Shown in pieces: positions 60,166-64,000 of a stretch of 64,000 nt of DNA. Positions within the stretch are counted from its first letter, which is position 1. Each line of letters begins with the position of its first letter. The translations under genes and the position numbers were made by a program. The stretch lies in assembly GCA_964565775.1 (NCBI GenBank), contig CAZMGB010000006.1, forward strand, positions 82,941 through 146,940, in the 5' to 3' direction. Below the pieces are notes generated by a model that saw nothing but the letters and a program-made list of their open reading frames with translations, ran no database searches and was not told the origin of the DNA. The DNA is from an uncultured Dehalococcoidia bacterium. Its GTDB lineage: Bacteria; Chloroflexota; Dehalococcoidia; DSTF01; JALHUB01.

Positions 60166-61033
60166 GGCCGAACGGGTCGACCACGTCCCGCACCGCCTCC
60201 GCCAGCAGGTTCGCCCCCAGGATGGTCAGGCTGAGGGCAAGTCCCGGGAAGATCGCGAGCCACGGGGCATGCTGGAAGTAGTCCCGGGCGTTGCCGCTCA
60301 GGTCGGCGCCCCAGGACGGGTTCGGCGGCGGCACACCGAGGCCCAGGAAGCTCAGCCCCGCTTCGGCCATGATGGCGCCGCCCAGGGCTACGCTGGCGAG
60401 TATTCCAGCCAGCGGGAACACCGACGGCAGGAGATGGCGAAAGAGAATGCGCGTGTTGGAGGCGCCCACGGAGCGGGCGGCCTCTATGTACGGCAGCTCC
60501 TTCTCCGCCAGGACGATGGAACGGACGATGCGCGACATGAAGGGCGCCATCACTATCCCGATGACCAGGATGACGTTCTGCACGGAGGCGCCCACGGCGG
60601 CCACGATCACGAGCAGCAGGATGAGGAGCGGGAACGCCAGGATCACCTCGACCAGCCTCTGGATGAGATAGTCTATTGAGCCGCCGAAGTAGCCGGAGAC
60701 GACGCCGATAAGGCAGCCGCCCAGCACGCCGATGGTCACGGCCGCGAAGCCGATGCCCAGCGATATGCGTGCGCCGTACACCACACGCGAGAAGACGTCG
60801 CGGCCCAGCAGGTCAGTCCCGAAGGGATGCGAGAGGCTGGGCCGCTCCAGCGCCGGTGCATTCTGCGAAAGAGGGTCGCTGGGGGCGATGAGCGGCGCGC
60901 CAAGAGCGACCAGTCCCAGCAGCACCAGGAGCGCCACGCCTGCCACTCCCATCAGGTGACGCCGGAGGAGCAGCCGCGGCTGCCACAGGCGCCGCGCCGG
61001 CTGCATCGCGAGGGCAACCTCTGCGTCAGCCAT
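60152..61033 (-). CDS. ABC transporter permease (DppC/OppC/NikC-type)
   Basis: 293 aa with six TM helices. EAA-loop EAARSVGASNTRILFRHLLP. It overlaps the upstream permease by 8 nt. Confidence 0.85.
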   Translation of the reverse strand: MADAEVALAMQPARRLWQPRLLLRRHLMGVAGVALLVLLGLVALGAPLIAPSDPLSQNAPALERPSLSHPFGTDLLGRDVFSRVVYGARISLGIGFAAVTIGVLGGCLIGVVSGYFGGSIDYLIQRLVEVILAFPLLILLLVIVAAVGASVQNVILVIGIVMAPFMSRIVRSIVLAEKELPYIEAARSVGASNTRILFRHLLPSVFPLAGILASVALGGAIMAEAGLSFLGLGVPPPNPSWGADLSGNARDYFQHAPWLAIFPGLALSLTILGANLLAEAVRDVVDPFGHGMR

Positions 61034-61985
61034 GTCTCCCTCCCGTCAGGCGCACCCGCGGGTCGAGCCAGGCGTAGGCGAGGTCGATCATCAGAGACAT
61101 GACCACGAAGACGACCGCAGCGTACAACGCCATCACCTGAATGACGGGGTAGTCCCTGGCAGTCACCGACTCCAGCATCAGACGGCCAAGGCCGTTGATG
61201 GCGAATACCTGCTCGATGATGACCGTGCCACCCATAAGGGTTGCGACCTCCAGGCCGAGGATGGTGACCACGGGCAGCATGGCATTGCCCAGGGCGTGGC
61301 GTCGCATCACCACACGCTCCTCCAGACCCTTGGAGCGAGCCGTCCGAATGTACTCGGAGTTCAGCACGCCCAGGAGGCCCCCGCGGACGATCCGCGCCAG
61401 CCCGCAAGCGGAGGCGAACCCCAGTACCAGGGCGGGGGGCCCGTACTCTCGCAGGTTGTCCCAGGGGTTTTCGAAGAAGGACACGTGCCGGAAGGGCGGC
61501 GCGTATGAGAAGAAGATGGACGGAAGCAGGATGACCAGAGTGGCGGTCCAGAACGTCGGCACAGACATGCCGAAGATGCTCACCCCGCGCAGGATACCGT
61601 CTGCGGGCCGGCGGTGATTCATGGCCGCCAAGACGCCAAACGCCAGCCCAAGCAGGATTGTGACGCCCATAGTCATGATCAGTAGCTCGCCGGTGATCGG
61701 CAGCCGATCGAGGAGCTCGCTGGCGACGCTACGGTCCCGTATGTAGGAGTCTACCAGGTCGCCGCGCACGACGCCGCCCACCCAATCGACGTACTGCTCC
61801 ACGAGCGGCCTGTCGATGCCGAACTCGTGCTCCAGCTCCTGGACCTGCTCCGGCGTGGCGTTCGGTCCCAGCATGAGCTGCGCGACGTTGCCGGGCATGA
61901 TGCGCACGAGGGCGAATACGACGATGGAGACGCCGATGAGGATGGGTACCAGAGCTGCCAGTCGCCGGATGATGTAGCCTATCAC
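61026..61985 (-). CDS. ABC transporter permease (DppB/OppB/NikB-type)
   Basis: 319 aa. N-terminus MIGYIIRRL, and the EAA-loop region TARSKGLEERVVMRRHALGNAMLPV. Confidence 0.85.
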   Translation of the reverse strand: MIGYIIRRLAALVPILIGVSIVVFALVRIMPGNVAQLMLGPNATPEQVQELEHEFGIDRPLVEQYVDWVGGVVRGDLVDSYIRDRSVASELLDRLPITGELLIMTMGVTILLGLAFGVLAAMNHRRPADGILRGVSIFGMSVPTFWTATLVILLPSIFFSYAPPFRHVSFFENPWDNLREYGPPALVLGFASACGLARIVRGGLLGVLNSEYIRTARSKGLEERVVMRRHALGNAMLPVVTILGLEVATLMGGTVIIEQVFAINGLGRLMLESVTARDYPVIQVMALYAAVVFVVMSLMIDLAYAWLDPRVRLTGGRHG

Positions 61986-62015
61986 GTGCCGCTCCCGGTG
62001 CAGGGCCCGCCCGGG

Positions 62016-63620
62016 CTACGCCTTGTCGATCCAGTAGTCGTACTTGTAGAGGCCGAAGCCATAGGCCGTGGGCGTGTATCCCTTGATATAGTCGTAGGCG
62101 CACCAGTATCCGTACGGTTCGTAGAGCACCAAGGTGGGCCCGTGACGCTTCAGAATCAGCCGCTGCACATCGCGGGCCAGCTTAATCCTCTCCGTGTCGT
62201 CAATCGTCTCATGGATCTGGTCGAGAAGGGCGTCAACCTCGGGATCCTCGACTCCCTTGAAGCCTTCCGGCGTGCGACCCCACCCGAGGCTGTGATGCCA
62301 CTGGAGCTGGATATCGTCTGAGAGATAGGCCAGGTGTGAGTACGTGGTCGTCTCGTAGTTGGTGGCCAGCAGGTCAGCCAGCCACGCGCCGAGCTCCTCG
62401 GCCCGCAGGTGGACCCCGACGCCGATGTCGGCCATGTTCTGCTGGATGATAGCCGCACGGTCGGCGGTGGTGCCGAGATCGGTGAAACTGAGCTCGAAAC
62501 TCAGGTCTTCGGCGCCGGCGGCAGAGAGCAGTTGCTTGGCCTTTCCCACGTCTCGCACGTAAGCCGCCTCTATCTCCTCCGCCGGAAGGGACGAATCCCA
62601 GAGGGGGCCCACGGGGCCCGCTAGCTCGGCGCCGCCGAAGTGCAGCTTGTCGATCATGCCCTTGCGGTCCAGCCCCAGGTCGATGGCCTCGCGCACTCGT
62701 TCGTCCTTGAACGCCTCCACCCTGACGCCGTTCAGCTCGAAGACAGCATATGGACGGCTGAGGTAGGACTGTACGGTCACACCGCTGACGTCCTTCACCG
62801 CGTCCGCCTTGAGCTTGTCTGCGGCGTTGTAGACGTCGAGGCTTCCGGCACGAAAGGCGACCTGAACGGCCGCATCATCCGGCATTACCTTAACGCCGAT
62901 GCCGCCGATGTACGGGTACTCGTGGTAGTAGATGGGATTCCGCACCACATCGAGGCCCTCATCGCGGCCGTACTTGGCGAGCATGAAGGGCCCGCTGCCG
63001 ATGGCGTTGGACTTCAGGTCGCCGAACTGCTCGACCGCCTCACTGGGGACGATCGCCGTCATCGGGCTGCCCATCGTCATCAACGTGTAGCCGTATGGCT
63101 TCTTCGTGCGCAGGGTGAAGGTCACGGCGTCGGGAGCCTCGTACTTCTCCGCGATCTGATCCCACTCCCCCGTGGCGCCGGGCAGGCTTCTCAGCCGGTC
63201 AATGCTGTAGACGATGTCCTCGGCCACGAGATCGCGGCCGTTAGCGGGGGCGATGTCCTGAAAGCGGACGCCGCCGCGAAGGTGGAATATCCACTCCAGC
63301 TCGTTTACGACCTCCCATGATTCGGCAAGGTCGCCGACGGTGCCCTGCCAGTCGGTCGCATGGACTACATAGCTGTAGAAGTAGACCGCGACCGAAACGC
63401 CCTCGGTAGTGTGGGGATCGAGGCTGAGAACGGGCGCGAGGGAGGCGAGGTGAATCGTGCCGCCGCGCTTCGGCGTCCCCTCAGCGGTCCCGACAGCCTG
63501 AGGAGTCGCTGGCGCCTCCTCCCCCTCCTGGCCGCCGCCGCAACCGGCCACGGCCAGCCCGGCAGCCGCCAGCGTTCCTCCCAGGAAGCCACGCCTGGAA
63601 AGCCTTGCCCTGCGCAACAT
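62016..63620 (-). CDS. ABC transporter substrate-binding protein, family 5 (peptide/nickel/opine type), TAT-exported lipoprotein
   Basis: The ORF extends to 63683, but an ATG at 63620 has a GGAGGA RBS 5 nt upstream. The resulting N-terminus MLRRARLSRRGFLGGTLAAAGLAVAGC is a TAT motif plus lipobox. SBP_bac_5 fold. Confidence 0.8.
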   Translation of the reverse strand: MLRRARLSRRGFLGGTLAAAGLAVAGCGGGQEGEEAPATPQAVGTAEGTPKRGGTIHLASLAPVLSLDPHTTEGVSVAVYFYSYVVHATDWQGTVGDLAESWEVVNELEWIFHLRGGVRFQDIAPANGRDLVAEDIVYSIDRLRSLPGATGEWDQIAEKYEAPDAVTFTLRTKKPYGYTLMTMGSPMTAIVPSEAVEQFGDLKSNAIGSGPFMLAKYGRDEGLDVVRNPIYYHEYPYIGGIGVKVMPDDAAVQVAFRAGSLDVYNAADKLKADAVKDVSGVTVQSYLSRPYAVFELNGVRVEAFKDERVREAIDLGLDRKGMIDKLHFGGAELAGPVGPLWDSSLPAEEIEAAYVRDVGKAKQLLSAAGAEDLSFELSFTDLGTTADRAAIIQQNMADIGVGVHLRAEELGAWLADLLATNYETTTYSHLAYLSDDIQLQWHHSLGWGRTPEGFKGVEDPEVDALLDQIHETIDDTERIKLARDVQRLILKRHGPTLVLYEPYGYWCAYDYIKGYTPTAYGFGLYKYDYWIDKA

Positions 63621-64000
63621 CAACGTCCTCCATTCTCGCGAGCCGTCGCCCACTCGTGGCTGAATGGCTGTCTCCGCCGCCACCTACGGCCTGTATAGCG
63701 CGCGAAGGCGTGCCCTAACTAGAGCCGATTGGCAGGTCTTTTGTATCCTGCGGGATAGGCCCGGACGCGTGAGTTCGAAGACAGCCCGAAACCCGTTGGA
63801 TCGGAATCAGGCTGGCAGGACTGTTGCCTGATGCCAAGAGCTGACGACGGCGCGCCCGGAGACGCGCCGTCCAGCGGTGGCGGCCCAACTCTTGTCCCGA
63901 TGGGGAGCTGCGGAGCACAACGCCAAAGGGGGCGTGCAGCAGCACCTACTCGACCGGACAACAGCATGTCCGACCGAAACCGACCAGAAGGCGCGGCGAC

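Overview
This is a high-GC (about 67-68%) bacterial chromosomal window. The F420-dependent enzyme, Thr/Pro-rich linkers and many lipobox signals suggest Chloroflexota or Actinomycetota; that taxonomic guess is inference. Reading from 5' to 3', the window holds:

- The 3' end of a molybdopterin oxidoreductase gene.
- An aldo/keto reductase.
- A class-A penicillin-binding protein (PBP1C-like) immediately followed by a roughly 1,950-aa bacterial alpha-2-macroglobulin. This pairing is a known conserved one, but here the canonical thioester Cys appears to be replaced (SAEQ).
- A sugar-type ABC transporter core (two permeases and an ATPase).
- A five-gene operon of unknown function, made of Fe-S proteins, a PHP-domain protein and small Cys-rich proteins.
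- Housekeeping and accessory enzymes: an F420-dependent LLM-family oxidoreductase, a phosphotriesterase-family hydrolase, an acyl-CoA synthetase, two MFS transporters, a sugar substrate-binding protein, an enoyl-CoA hydratase, a HpaB-family hydroxylase, an SDR and an SMP-30 lactonase.
- A tRNA-Gly(UCC). Its 5' half plus upstream flank is repeated 1.3 kb away, bracketing a lower-GC single-ORF islet.
- A HAMP-GGDEF(GGDEL)-GAF-HD-GYP signalling protein and a degenerate GGDEF-domain membrane protein.

The most striking region runs from about 39.2 to 63.7 kb. It is a large island of corrinoid-dependent methyltransferase genes:

- Six URO-D/MtaA-family paralogues.
- One B12-binding corrinoid protein.
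- A RACo-type reductive activase translationally coupled to a stand-alone homocysteine S-methyltransferase (MetH Hcy-domain) protein.
- A sulfotransferase, and a lower-GC GIY-YIG nuclease-domain gene inserted in the operon.
- A frameshifted PD40 beta-propeller / parallel beta-helix surface-protein gene. It is interrupted in a G7 tract.
- A second operon joining a TAT-lipoprotein family-5 ABC transporter that has no ATPase genes to a bona fide MtaB (methanol:corrinoid methyltransferase) homologue, a non-Pyl MttB-family methyltransferase, a Cys/Met-metabolism PLP enzyme and a decayed MtaB C-terminal remnant.

No CRISPR array, rRNA or transposase was seen. All annotations rest on motif and family recognition from the translated ORFs. 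No database search was run.
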